Origin: an uncultured virus (IMG/VR IMGVR_UViG_3300016476_000523)
Taxonomy: Duplodnaviria > Heunggongvirae > Uroviricota > Caudoviricetes
Virus record (IMG/VR): IMGVR_UViG_3300016476_000523
Location: 1-64,000 of that record
Direction: 5' to 3' (one strand)
DNA length: 64,000 nt
Positions 15,301-21,543 of this stretch are shown here, one piece after another (positions within the stretch are counted from its first letter, which is position 1; each line of letters opens with the position of its first letter). Both the position numbers and the translations under genes were made by a program. The notes beneath the pieces are model-generated. The model saw only the letters and a program-made list of their open reading frames with translations, did no database searches and was not told where the DNA came from.

Positions 15301-17583
15301 ATCGAATACATCAAATAATGGAGCTTGATTTACTGTAACTTTTTCTTGTGCTAGTTTCCAATCGTCACCATCGAAGTAATAGCTATTTCCTTCGTTATTG
15401 TATCCACGCAAAATAACAGTTTGATTGTCTTGTTCACAATCGCCATCTATTGCTTTAGTAAGTGTAATTACTGGAGTAGAAGAAGGTGTTAATTGAGATA
15501 TACCAACTACATAAATTTTGTTTCTAACATTCAAGTCAGTATCGTCAGCAAATATAATTCGTGCGCCATCAAAAACACCATAACTGTTGGTAGTTTCGTC
15601 AGTGGCTACTATTGCAGCGTCAGTAGTTGCATTAACTGTTTGTGATGTTCCCCAAGAAATCGTCAATACAGTATCACTACCAGATATAGTAATTAGAGTA
15701 ATCTGTGAATTTACAGGCAAAACGTTCATATAATCAGAAACATATTGTCCTACTTGGAATGTACCTACTATATCATTAGTTGGAATAGTTATCGTAGTTG
15801 ATGTTCCTGTAACGCCTGCGATATTAGCAGCATTACTAGTATAAACTTCTACATCAGGGTAGTAGTTATACAACCCTGCTACTTGTGATAGCGCATCAGT
15901 TGAACGTGTATCAATAAAGTCTACTGCGTCTTTTCCTACAGTTCCTGAATTGAACAATTTTAGATTAGGATAGAATTCAATAATAGGACGCTTTGCTTTA
16001 TTAGCTGCATTGGCAAATTGTGTTACGATATCAGGATCGTTATTGTATACAGCAGTTTGATTAATTACTTGTGAATGGAACCAACGATTGCTTCTAGACC
16101 ATGCATTTTTGTTTATTGCGTTTCTTGCTATCGTAATGTAATCAATGTCTATAGGCACAAACAAGTTACTGTCAAAGTTTCCAATATCAAAAGGTGTCGT
16201 GTCGTATGGCACAAACGCGCCAGAAGAAAATTCTTCAGGCGACACTAAACTCTCTACTGATACTAGTTCTATCGCAGTACCTACACCTTCAACATAATAT
16301 TCGCCAGAAAGATAGCTAGATGGAATAACGTCACCAACGAATTCAACTTTCAATCCGTTTGTAAACACAACACCATTGCTTGAAGTGTAATTCTTTTTAC
16401 CTAATATATCTAATTCAACATTAATAGCATTTGTATTATTACTTTCAATAAGTTTAATAACACCTACTTTATTTGGAGAGGTGCCATCTTGATAATATAG
16501 TGTGTCGAGTGTTGCAGTAATATAAGGAATTAATGTGATTATTCCTAAAGGACTTCTATAGAAGTTTCTGTTTATCCAAGTTGTTCCATATGACACTGTT
16601 ATCTTTTGTTCGTTAGGAATTAGCGTAACGGGAGTAAGGCTAATCACATCGCTAACTACAGATATTTGGTAGAAATATAATGATGCTGCTGGTTCATTAG
16701 TGTTATAGAACATAACAGTCAAACCATTAATGGATGTTATGCCATCAATTGAACCAATAGAAGTAAGTGTAGCACCATTTAGTGTTGCGTATGGGATAGT
16801 TGATACTAAGTCAACTAAGTTGTTACCAGGGAAAATATATTGGTTCTGAGCGTCTTTGCTAGGAACAGTAAACGAAACAGTTCCTTGTGTTGCCCCGTTA
16901 TTAGTAACACCCAACACATCTCTTACGTTTAAATTGGTTTGTGTTGGACTAAATCCAGAAACACCTGGTTCACCTTGAATCCAAAACTGAGTATCTTGAT
17001 CAACATTAAACTCATACACTCCGCCACGCAGTAATGTAATAGTAGGGTTGATATCATAATCAGTTGTTTCTAAATCAGTAATTTCATACCCGTCATTCAA
17101 ATCTGTTACAGTATATTCGTTTGTTGAATACACTAGTGCAGCCGCTATAGTGACAGCAGGTGGACCTTCAGGAATCCAGTAGTATTGACTAAAGTTTACT
17201 ATCTTGTCCAAGTTAGTAAAAGAATCCCAAGAATAAATCTGACTTTCAAATAGTCGTGAATTATTATCAACAACACCGCCCTGAAGTTCTAGTGCGTCTA
17301 GTATTCCAGGGTAACTGATAAAATCTTGTGCAACTGACTGATCTGGTTTTGTAAAGACTACACCAGGTTCAAGTTGATAATCAGTTCTAGTTTTATTAGG
17401 TTCAGTAACGTAATAATCGTTTGCATTAACACCATAACCTATCTTGCTACCAATATACCCTTGAATCTTTTGGACCACGGGAGGATTAACAAGTTGATCT
17501 AGTGTTGCTGCCAAAAACTCAGCATTAGTTTTTGTTTGAAAAATTTCTGGAAGAAAATTTAAAGTTCTAACTCTTGTTGTCAT
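361..17583 (-). CDS. Giant (5,740 aa) baseplate wedge/virion structural protein in the gp7-like position, with FG-GAP-like propeller motifs and repeated beta domains
   Basis: Uninterrupted ORF directly after gp6. Contains wedge-like EVKPYH motif, FG-GAP-like motifs (DNFGSSIS..VVIGAP; QFGYSLD..ILVGSP), a CBM-like WSRAVKYTKGSIVLYKNKYW segment and repeated 'P.VF.G...GGI...YYV..I.D...FTIS.T.GG' units. Confidence 0.75.
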   Translation of the reverse strand: MTTRVRTLNFLPEIFQTKTNAEFLAATLDQLVNPPVVQKIQGYIGSKIGYGVNANDYYVTEPNKTRTDYQLEPGVVFTKPDQSVAQDFISYPGILDALELQGGVVDNNSRLFESQIYSWDSFTNLDKIVNFSQYYWIPEGPPAVTIAAALVYSTNEYTVTDLNDGYEITDLETTDYDINPTITLLRGGVYEFNVDQDTQFWIQGEPGVSGFSPTQTNLNVRDVLGVTNNGATQGTVSFTVPSKDAQNQYIFPGNNLVDLVSTIPYATLNGATLTSIGSIDGITSINGLTVMFYNTNEPAASLYFYQISVVSDVISLTPVTLIPNEQKITVSYGTTWINRNFYRSPLGIITLIPYITATLDTLYYQDGTSPNKVGVIKLIESNNTNAINVELDILGKKNYTSSNGVVFTNGLKVEFVGDVIPSSYLSGEYYVEGVGTAIELVSVESLVSPEEFSSGAFVPYDTTPFDIGNFDSNLFVPIDIDYITIARNAINKNAWSRSNRWFHSQVINQTAVYNNDPDIVTQFANAANKAKRPIIEFYPNLKLFNSGTVGKDAVDFIDTRSTDALSQVAGLYNYYPDVEVYTSNAANIAGVTGTSTTITIPTNDIVGTFQVGQYVSDYMNVLPVNSQITLITISGSDTVLTISWGTSQTVNATTDAAIVATDETTNSYGVFDGARIIFADDTDLNVRNKIYVVGISQLTPSSTPVITLTKAIDGDCEQDNQTVILRGYNNEGNSYYFDGDDWKLAQEKVTVNQAPLFDVFDKNGISFSDTSLYEGTSFRGCKLFSYGIGTGTDDPILGFPIRYSAVENVGDISFDVSLNLDTFDYVSGTTPITQKVNTGYVYNYDTRTDYTRELGWQTAVANSQQYQVFQFEYLKDDPTSTFVCDIAAVEETGESWSSVQVYVNNACQCITQYTYTITDNSTIVELLNTSSLTEDTPIEILVFSNQISNQAYYTIPVNLSNNPLNQDLERVNVGDIRMQYRDIYVNAPNIIGQVFGSNNYRDLGNLVPYGTKIIQNSASLVLPGTFLRKTEHSLFDALKFNSREYIKFKNLLVDTINNSEYVQRYTPADILDQAIDIITSSKSEEQAFFWSDMIPAKSPFRSNTYVFANDLDTSIYPLFEIYDFSSANYNGVLVYLTRVVSGTRIQKQLVRNVDYIISQDSPSLTVTLDLIAGDQITVKEYNKTYGSYVPNTPTKLGLYPAFKPEVVLDTGYTQPTYFIKGHDGSYNKLYGSYDTVTNTLEDFRDQGLLEFELRVYNNLKLSNTIPIQAYEVLPGFFRDTDYTYSEFLQMYSETFLDWVGQNRLNYKTQVFSKTNEYTFNYYNSANKLNKQPIEQGYWRGAYQYFYDTTTPNATPWEMLGFTDQPTWWTDRYGPAPYTSDNLVLWNDLEQGIIWNNGTPITVEAVARPGLTQIIPVDSAGDLVSPFVSIVGNYNANTFQRDWKVGDDAPVELSYRRSSSYPFDLMRIFALMKPANFFNLGVDLDNYKYSEEFNQYLVNNRSHLVISDVEIYGSGTAKTSYINWIVDYEKQLGINATQNITTLLDNLDVRLVYRLAGYSDKDLLKFYVEKGTPNSRNASLLIPDESYSLLLYDNQPFDRIVYSGVVVQITQDGYTVFGNSQTTAYFKTLKPVNNGKFNNIEIENEKVRIAVDYSNTEVLVPYGTKFFSEQEVAQFLASYGAYLRSQGMQFNDIVAGFEVNWNLMISEFLYWSQTGWEVGSIVLLNPAAQNLKINRENAIVQPLTIQNTNFVLNQNLYPIQAKDMSVFRDGTEFSVTALNQGDSVSYGQFNLSNFEHAIVFDNETLFNDTIYNLVTGLRQSRIYVRGNKTAEWNGTINASGFILNQDNITEWSRAVKYTKGSIVLYKNKYWTALKVIEPNTVFNEREWKETDYDQIQKGLLPNSSTRSYESSLYYDVNKANLERDADLLGFSLIGYRPRDYLDLVDLTDITQINVYQNLIKNKGTRNSVEAFKGANLPQGGIEYDVYENWAIKTTEYGGILNKNFVDFRLNEQKLTSNPSIVSLTNGVFTEGSQQEVPIYGLFNYNRPIDTVDILSTIDPNTPSRVFPDAGYVNFNDVKMSSYFYSGLPLAVNKNNEPVPINDFYVRDYAWLANYLGNWDVLTWKQVGRVVSVRINPNNTATVTFAQPHGLSKSDTLAIINYATNIDGYYLVSNVVSLTEVIIPIAVTTVTTTSGQGIGLTFQSQRVDKPSDINSLPLIDAEFVKNTVWVDEGTSGSWEVYRKSLNYQYDNDLSKVSSVTFGSQVAYTDQAGYLVSDAGLGEVYRYTKNSSNAYNIVETLSGGASFGSQIAYAQNTYVISEPTTASEVHVYVINDSQLSNSFVPCQTIAAPGGVTNWGSAIALSGDSNWLYISDIDNNKVHAYTKQNVLLSAGYFSSGETYVITEIGTTDFTLVGAIENKVGITFVATGVGTGTGTATQISYVFAEEIDGATVGAVSNDNFGSSISTNYSGDVVVIGAPNKDYDVNITSWGSAYAFSRSVQNIEIENSNINTLAWTPTTVSKTVSATNSVGNLITLSNTTDISVNDPIMFSGTGLADTGIETNYVYYVRSISGSDITIKTTRSTADIFSITTKGSITGTTANVQTTSLYVYRNGVLVQDSNYGVVGNKLVYSGDYSIGDILTVSGQHFTYVQTFNSQFNNRVGTQFGYSLDIAQSGTEILVGSPFEINENSEEGAVYRYTNAGAKFGLVVGTSDCNVITSRPLLINGYMVSVPVGNAQTVAAVLNDIPNIRAIASNNKLVIQIIDDNLTQVNKRLVITATNTLTLSELGLEVYSETQVINAPHNFGPTQFGLAIKFNEYDSVVISAPVSSRYEGTTFDFVDDEFYQNDTIFDNNATQFVETSPNAGAVYMFDYIANYNESLTNIGKFVYAQSVNSKDIEYGYSPKYGESIDFNQNVVMVGAPNFNPEAIDGQVTVYENETGIKDWTVFRSSAPIVDIDSIQNAQIFSVESNNTLINLDYIDPLQGKLLGSVRQNIDVVSSVDPANYNNVGNTQSGMIWGASKIGNVWFDTKNVRFVNYHQNDVVYNSQYWGTVFPGSDVAVYSWIASNVPPSEYEGPGTPKDITNYTVSSRLDSSNAVVPVYYFWVRNTNIVFRQEGKTLSDTIIESYIKNPIKSGIAFVAPLKQNTFAIYNSGEYINANDSVFHIGYANGTTDDEAHVEYTLIREDFADDFLPGIPKLGSTAMPEGLYDRLLDSLSGVDEAGSVVPNPFLPKAVQSGIFSRPRQSFFYDRYLALKNYLTYANEVLTQFPISEIRPDISFLFAKGEFYDTTNYWQYINWWSPGYNNSTKPAIQVPIYADLSALTVPTNTIVEVENNGSGRFEFYRYDGNNVWTRIGLQNGTIEFNLVLWDYAEARLGFGDNFYDTDTYDEYPSEETRNIIRALNEQIYIEELLIFRNKGLILLFEYIQSESIESQNYLPWLNKTSLVDVAHTIRELKPVEVFQTDNQDFLEGYLNEVKPYHVVIKEFVFKYTGSETYNNQVTDFDLPAEYNSSVQQFITPELVYTIPNSTSEYQNTNDIWQTAPYTQWYQNKGVSLSGQPDYQITTLTTYMTIGSNVMFVDNAQGFPINGVIKIGDEEIAYSSVDRALNMITGLSRGLNGTTATVHYPNDKIYIDLPEVLVLDGGRGYTEPPRITAYIDLDQYPAPTKEAILEPVMSLDSVISVNVIDPGQGYMVLPEIRIEPSTVIAITNSNINSQLHTIVTNTSALQTGDLVFYRAGENQAGVGKLLNNQWYYVNVLETVPTTSFALYTNYSDAINDTNRVLITDIGFDDAITLSLGARASAISSATPIRENNITVRFDRTSYTSQVQDWRAGVYYGSFFAGSYFNSATVASSSIELAYEQVLPVPLIASIQASAQGAVFEIADVTNDRQLTWSSFERTVGSTQAGNVIRLIPEASTDHASGSTIGFYVGMPIKFTGIVIGGLQEDTTYYVKTIIDDTDFTVSLTEGGSTEVLTPSSAVGAGLKCYTGQVTDTAVLTVNYPGILEATSTQSGTNAITVPLNLIGTGGTQGFYTNLPVFFVGDVFGGIEENETYYVTTVIDKQRFTISQTPDPVITIALSTSGASIITVDSTEGFNTNDAIIFTNITVAGSSSTTLGNIVAGTTYYVREVISDTELTISAAINGVLFNTGTVAAAANTAAQITSQAKTVKLTTDTGSMTLNVSLPISPGQVNGQKFTLYNTSGQYANITGTNGNIIERIAAATIADVDRIPISIATIGLDDFYVNMPVVFDTTVGGITAATTYYVIEYSGMPNLELTVTDTTDTTNEITCNDTSSLYVGMPVSFSDALGGIDADTVYYVESIVDGTNFTITTTPGGSPLVLSTDTGSIVCTCEPNSSDMPNIQVLVTSTSSSGNAITCNSTESLYVDMPIVFSGAGIGGIVISVEYYIESIIDGTNFTISDTPGGSVKTLITQTGSMVGVGTPYIKVSLTKGGAPIGLTDTVGDFDLIQEILSNAVFDISYILGGYRAIVSTAGEGYAVNNTISIPGNLIGGITPENDLLLTVNSIDSDGEITDVVCSGVVSDQEQQYYLKVVSPNELEVYSDPLMTVPVSGVGFIYDGFTTTTATEIVAATNQITVSSSDDFNVNDPVVFTGNIFSTEIELGKTYYIYDKPLTTTVRLTTNPGGTVIDFTINASGSMTMAKAGSYAFLPEPFYFNQSIVKYQGRVYVCVVSNNDNEFVIGKWQLIEPSDRRLNAMDRAIAYYQPTVNMPGVDLTQLFTGVTYPNTTYLGNPFAPADQYELDVLLESQPFDNNTFDYDIQGGEFLSGYAPEELVAGVVSDNLTMIVNTRPGTNWDADEYAHTGFKVISLELEPEFPAQVEYSFNNATQYPFEIFVAVIDGTTGVSTTIYENIDYTIDWINNVVVLDAALTYAPVKDILRIDVYETGNGDQLVRSNSKTDPIRINTGTGFNEIFLNCNYSASLFAGSGAIRPTTGADIEATETVAASDTIVCDNVGDLILNGPIRFFGSVFGGIVANKQYYVKSIDYIGDTITISETTVNGVAGPIFALSNALGSMLIQVEGSVWSDPLVYHNGNKLLIGTTSTAISTKSSNNAIVVVAGANKLIENSPIKFCQCMFGNDILPMTTYYVKTVINDTEFTISDTQGGSVKVLSDATGTSMFVSNDYAIGLADNNVSAKLIFAEPYNSTDDYLAYTIFGETDPIQYGYSIPETQIILGDGANTVFTLTNFVGKDNVTDAIVEIDGLRVVPADYTIDSNLDTITFSGTPGLNSVIAVTTFNDTQRQYLNTQSITVTSTEVVSSIQSISTEITPPLATTRATSSTAGAPNEITVDSTTGFVVNSTVQFKGTSFDANILTDGTVYFVDTIVSPTVFKIKDENGSVIVTAGGTGAMQVVVGGTPATRVTTNTAHGFSENDVVRIDGTLGSVQLNNNTYYAKIIDSVTFDLYETGILGYTGYDPAVGAINYPVTGVSNYIGDGYTWIASSYTITSVWDQVNTDRLWVTVNGYRVPSSSLVINENNELSILTSIANGDEVVITSMMPYASPDEEIYLNFVNKNGIASVYRANTGTRTWLTQSIQDLSTEIYVDDVSRLVRTIVQTETTPAVDSGFYYIGLAADKRLITSVTVFNQTTNQLLSSDDYQIVVENLSPTLKITAGAYITTGDQLTITILEGNTVYINGEQIRFGAVDFDNNTLSNLERGVNGTSKQPLISTYTEVYGLLSANRLNDVYYNQTWNSNIFNVADGDPLQISQTAAAEFLNTDIIE

Positions 17584-17590
17584 TTACTGA

Positions 17591-20500
17591 TTACCTAATT
17601 TGCAACTCTGCGGGCGTTAATGCCGCTACAACCAATACATCATTTGCTGTTGCTGCCGATACAAAGATTTCATATGGCATACATTTTATTTCATACAAAT
17701 CACCAAAACGCATACTAGGATCGTTTGGAACTAGTACAGCGGAGCTAATTAGTTCTCCGCATTCTGCATGTAGATACGCACTTAATTCAGAGAAAAAGAA
17801 CGTATCTCCAAAATTCCAATTGTTGATATTGAAATATTCATTCATTGCAGTTAATACTGCACTTCTTATTTCACTATCACTAGCATTTGTTTTTGACTGT
17901 TTAATCACTTTAATTGTTGCTCTTAAAGCAGGCTCTGCTTTAGGACCAAATAAGGGCTTAAACATAACACTATTTAACACTACTGAATCCGACAACATTT
18001 TGAAATCTTGCACTTGACCGTATTCTTGGTTTAACTGATTAATTGTTGGAATGTCCGGCTTAGGCACTGTATTAGTAGTATCCTGTATCCAGTTTTGATA
18101 TGCAGTATAGTAAGCTTGTGTTACCACATACAAATCAATAATATTAGTAGTAGCTGGATCTATTCTTGTACTGTTATTTGTATTATGTCTGTACTGGAAA
18201 GACAACCCTTGTCTTCCTGGTTTCATAGAATATTCTGGTTGAACTACTAAAGTATAAAACGGCGTAGTAATCGTTGGATCTTGTACCGAACGATAAAATA
18301 CGTTATATAAACCATCACTATCAACTTCATTATATGCATAAAATATCTGACCTAATGGATAATCATACTTTACTATTTCAATTTGATTTTTGTTGGGATA
18401 TTGAAATACTATGTCATTTGTAGGTACAATAACTTCTCGTGTAAGATTTATCGCATCTTGTATTTGTTTAAAGAATACATATTTACCTATATTATTTGCA
18501 CCAGTTTGATATCCAGTAATCTGTTCAAAAAAGTCTGGATTTAGAACAAGTTGTCTATTATTAATATCGGTCGCAGCTACTTCTATTTGAAAATCATTGA
18601 TATATCCATCTGATTCTACTGTCTGTCCTATGACATTTACTTTTATATCTCTTCCTAAACTTTGAGATGAGTTAGGTTGTGTATTGATTTGTAAAACATT
18701 AACAAAGTCTTGAATTATTTTTCCAGTAAAAGGATCGTAAACTAATTGATCTTTACTAAATGCAAATCTTGTGTCTGCTACGCTACCAAAATAATAAACC
18801 AAGGACCTAACAGTAACGTTATATCTATCAGAACCTATACTTTCAAATTTTATAAAATAATTTTGATTAGTCTCTGATCCAACAGACCATCTTTCTTGAT
18901 TAACACCTATAGAATTATTGAATATTAGTGTAAATGACAATTCTAATTCCATTCGAGTTACACATTCATTAATTATAGAGGTGGATAGTGAATTATCAAA
19001 CACAGGAATAATTTCTCTTAAGATCGCATTTGAAGGAACATATCCGTTCAATGTTACTGGTCCTGTGCCATCTGCAAAGTTACCTTCGTTATTGTTGCTA
19101 CCATCACCTATTACATTTAATACAGTAGTCCAAAGATAAGTTTGATTACTGTTTGTGGGGATTCCAGCTACCAATCTGTTATTAGAATCAAAATAGAAAC
19201 CAGCAGGTGGTTCAAATTTTAAAGTAGCCCCACGAGTTATATATTCTGCATTAGTAGTAGATGAGAATGATCCCAAGTCAATAGGACTATTACTACTGCC
19301 TACAATCTTGTAAAAATATCCAGTTTCACTAGAAGCATCAACTGAACTGGTTTGCCAGTATACTGTGTTTGCGCCGCTAGCAGGCATTGTAAATCTTTTA
19401 TACCATGCATTACTATCGGTACTAGACTGACTGATATAATATTGCGTAGTTCTATTTTCTGCAACCACTGATGCTAGCGTGTTGTTAAAGAAAGCGATAA
19501 TATCACTAGGTGTATTGTTAATCGTTAGCGTTAAAAATGCTGGAGTATCATCTAAGTACAATGCCCCATCAGAACCAAATGAATTAGTACTAGAATATTT
19601 TCCAGTAGGATCTAATAAGTCAAAGTTTTTTGAAATTCCTATAGAACTACGGTTGATAGCTTTACTCTTGATAATAGAACTGTATAGAGTATACGGGAAG
19701 TTATTGTAGTCTTCTCCATTTACCATTCTGTTTTGAGTGTAATATCTCGTAGGTGCTCGTTGTTTAATTTCAGCTATAGATTCTCTGGCCTGAGCATTTG
19801 TAACAGCTAATGGAAGTTCTAAACCAATTGTTAATACTTCATTTCTTCCTTGACGATTTACATATGTGAACGCTACAGTTATTCCTTGCATTTCTGAAGG
19901 TTCAATGGTGTATGTCTGTGCATTACTTGAACGAACATATGCTCTATATGAACCAACAGGTACTTCTGAGAATACGCCGTCACCAAATACATAAGTTACT
20001 TGATCGTTAAATCTAGAATTAACTGAGAATATCTTTTTATCTGAAAACTCTGTTTGTAGGTATGCATCAGCATAAACATTATCTACTTTTCTCCAAAGTA
20101 ATCTGTCACCGTTATTTGCATTCAACTGATACAACCAAGTATCAGTGTTGTTTACACCCTGTATAGTGCCTATGTCTACAGTCTGATTTGATATCTGTTG
20201 TGCTAAATTAAAATCAAAGTTTTGTAGTGTACCTTGTTTGAAGTAGAAAAAGAATCCTGTTTCTGGACTACCATAACCTAACTTGTCGTTTCGATATAAT
20301 ATGTTAAATCTTCCTGATGGTGCAGGAGGAATTTCATAAATATAGTCTTCGCCTAAACTAGTAACTGATACTAATTCAAAGTTCATATTTTGACCATCAA
20401 CGGAAGAACTAAAAGGAACGATAGGTAAACTATTATTTGGTATCTTTATTGAATATTCGTTCGTAACAACACCTAATAATTCTGCACTGTTGCCTGGCTT

Positions 20501-21013
20501 GCCTATGCGTTGAGTATCTACTAACGCTGCATTAATAATTGTATTAAACTGTTCTAGCCAATTTGGATTTGCAGGATCGTTCCAAAGTATAGGAATGTTG
20601 TTTAAATTAGTGCCATTGATATCAAGCAAGTTTTGAGTAGTTTGAATGCTTGTTACTTTAATATAACCCTGAGCAGCTAAATTTCTTTTAGGTGTATAGC
20701 TTACTAAGTTCGCTAGTTTAATAACTGAGTCTCTGCGCTCAGCAGTATCAATAAAGTTCTCACGAGAGTTAAGGTCGTTTCGATATGCTAAGCCTTGGCC
20801 CATGTATGCCATAATATCTAAGATGGCAATAAATTCTGAACTTTCAACAAAGTCATTGAAAGTCTCAGGATAATACAGACGCAAGTAGTCTATAAAACTT
20901 TTTCTCAGAGTTTCATAGTCATAACTTTTGAAGTCTGCTTCCCTAAATGTCTGGTATATTTGCTTCCAGTCATTTGCCCCAAATAGTCCGCTTTGTCTAG
21001 ATGATGTAGCCAT
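17591..21013 (-). CDS. Baseplate wedge subunit, T4 gp6-like
   Basis: DFKSYDYETLR..., ENFIDTAERRDSVIKLANLVSYTPKR, FGDGVF, ESIAEIKQRAP and RMVNGEDY motifs typical of gp6/baseplate J; lies next to gp25. Confidence 0.85.
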   Translation of the reverse strand: MATSSRQSGLFGANDWKQIYQTFREADFKSYDYETLRKSFIDYLRLYYPETFNDFVESSEFIAILDIMAYMGQGLAYRNDLNSRENFIDTAERRDSVIKLANLVSYTPKRNLAAQGYIKVTSIQTTQNLLDINGTNLNNIPILWNDPANPNWLEQFNTIINAALVDTQRIGKPGNSAELLGVVTNEYSIKIPNNSLPIVPFSSSVDGQNMNFELVSVTSLGEDYIYEIPPAPSGRFNILYRNDKLGYGSPETGFFFYFKQGTLQNFDFNLAQQISNQTVDIGTIQGVNNTDTWLYQLNANNGDRLLWRKVDNVYADAYLQTEFSDKKIFSVNSRFNDQVTYVFGDGVFSEVPVGSYRAYVRSSNAQTYTIEPSEMQGITVAFTYVNRQGRNEVLTIGLELPLAVTNAQARESIAEIKQRAPTRYYTQNRMVNGEDYNNFPYTLYSSIIKSKAINRSSIGISKNFDLLDPTGKYSSTNSFGSDGALYLDDTPAFLTLTINNTPSDIIAFFNNTLASVVAENRTTQYYISQSSTDSNAWYKRFTMPASGANTVYWQTSSVDASSETGYFYKIVGSSNSPIDLGSFSSTTNAEYITRGATLKFEPPAGFYFDSNNRLVAGIPTNSNQTYLWTTVLNVIGDGSNNNEGNFADGTGPVTLNGYVPSNAILREIIPVFDNSLSTSIINECVTRMELELSFTLIFNNSIGVNQERWSVGSETNQNYFIKFESIGSDRYNVTVRSLVYYFGSVADTRFAFSKDQLVYDPFTGKIIQDFVNVLQINTQPNSSQSLGRDIKVNVIGQTVESDGYINDFQIEVAATDINNRQLVLNPDFFEQITGYQTGANNIGKYVFFKQIQDAINLTREVIVPTNDIVFQYPNKNQIEIVKYDYPLGQIFYAYNEVDSDGLYNVFYRSVQDPTITTPFYTLVVQPEYSMKPGRQGLSFQYRHNTNNSTRIDPATTNIIDLYVVTQAYYTAYQNWIQDTTNTVPKPDIPTINQLNQEYGQVQDFKMLSDSVVLNSVMFKPLFGPKAEPALRATIKVIKQSKTNASDSEIRSAVLTAMNEYFNINNWNFGDTFFFSELSAYLHAECGELISSAVLVPNDPSMRFGDLYEIKCMPYEIFVSAATANDVLVVAALTPAELQIR

Positions 21014-21070
21014 AATAAGTCTCGGTTAATATATAATATTTATCATTATAAAAACCTGGGGTTTTGAGAC

Positions 21071-21526
21071 TTATGCTATTGACGCGGTGGCTCGATTAAC
21101 ATCTTGATTAAAGAAAACGTTTAACACTAACGCTTGGTTAAATGGAGTAACAGCCATTTGTATTTCCACTAAGATTCCGTTATCTTTAGGAAATACTTGA
21201 ACATAGTTAAGTTGGATTCTAGGATCTTGCCCAGCAACTCTTCGTATTTCAGTTTCTATCTGCTTTTGTGTACTAAAGTTGTTTGGTTCAAAAATAAAAG
21301 ACCAAATACTTGTGCCGTAACCAGGTTGACCTACTTTTTGACCGATTGGAAAATTAAGAGCATTTACTAAATCTTGAATGACTAATTGATCGTCAACCAT
21401 TCTGAATTTTTTACCATAAACTATAGAACTTATAGTCGAACCTGGACCACCAGCTATGCCTATTCTAGCATTCGTGGTCCTTGGTTTGTCAGCGTTTATT
21501 GTACTAAATCCTATATATCTTGGCAT
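21071..21526 (-). CDS. Baseplate wedge subunit, gp25/GPW-like
   Basis: LVIQDLVNALNFPIGQKVGQPGYGTSIWSFIFEP...DPRI matches the gp25 pattern; 151 aa. Confidence 0.85.
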   Translation of the reverse strand: MPRYIGFSTINADKPRTTNARIGIAGGPGSTISSIVYGKKFRMVDDQLVIQDLVNALNFPIGQKVGQPGYGTSIWSFIFEPNNFSTQKQIETEIRRVAGQDPRIQLNYVQVFPKDNGILVEIQMAVTPFNQALVLNVFFNQDVNRATASIA

Positions 21527-21543
21527 ATTGTATTTATTCTCTG

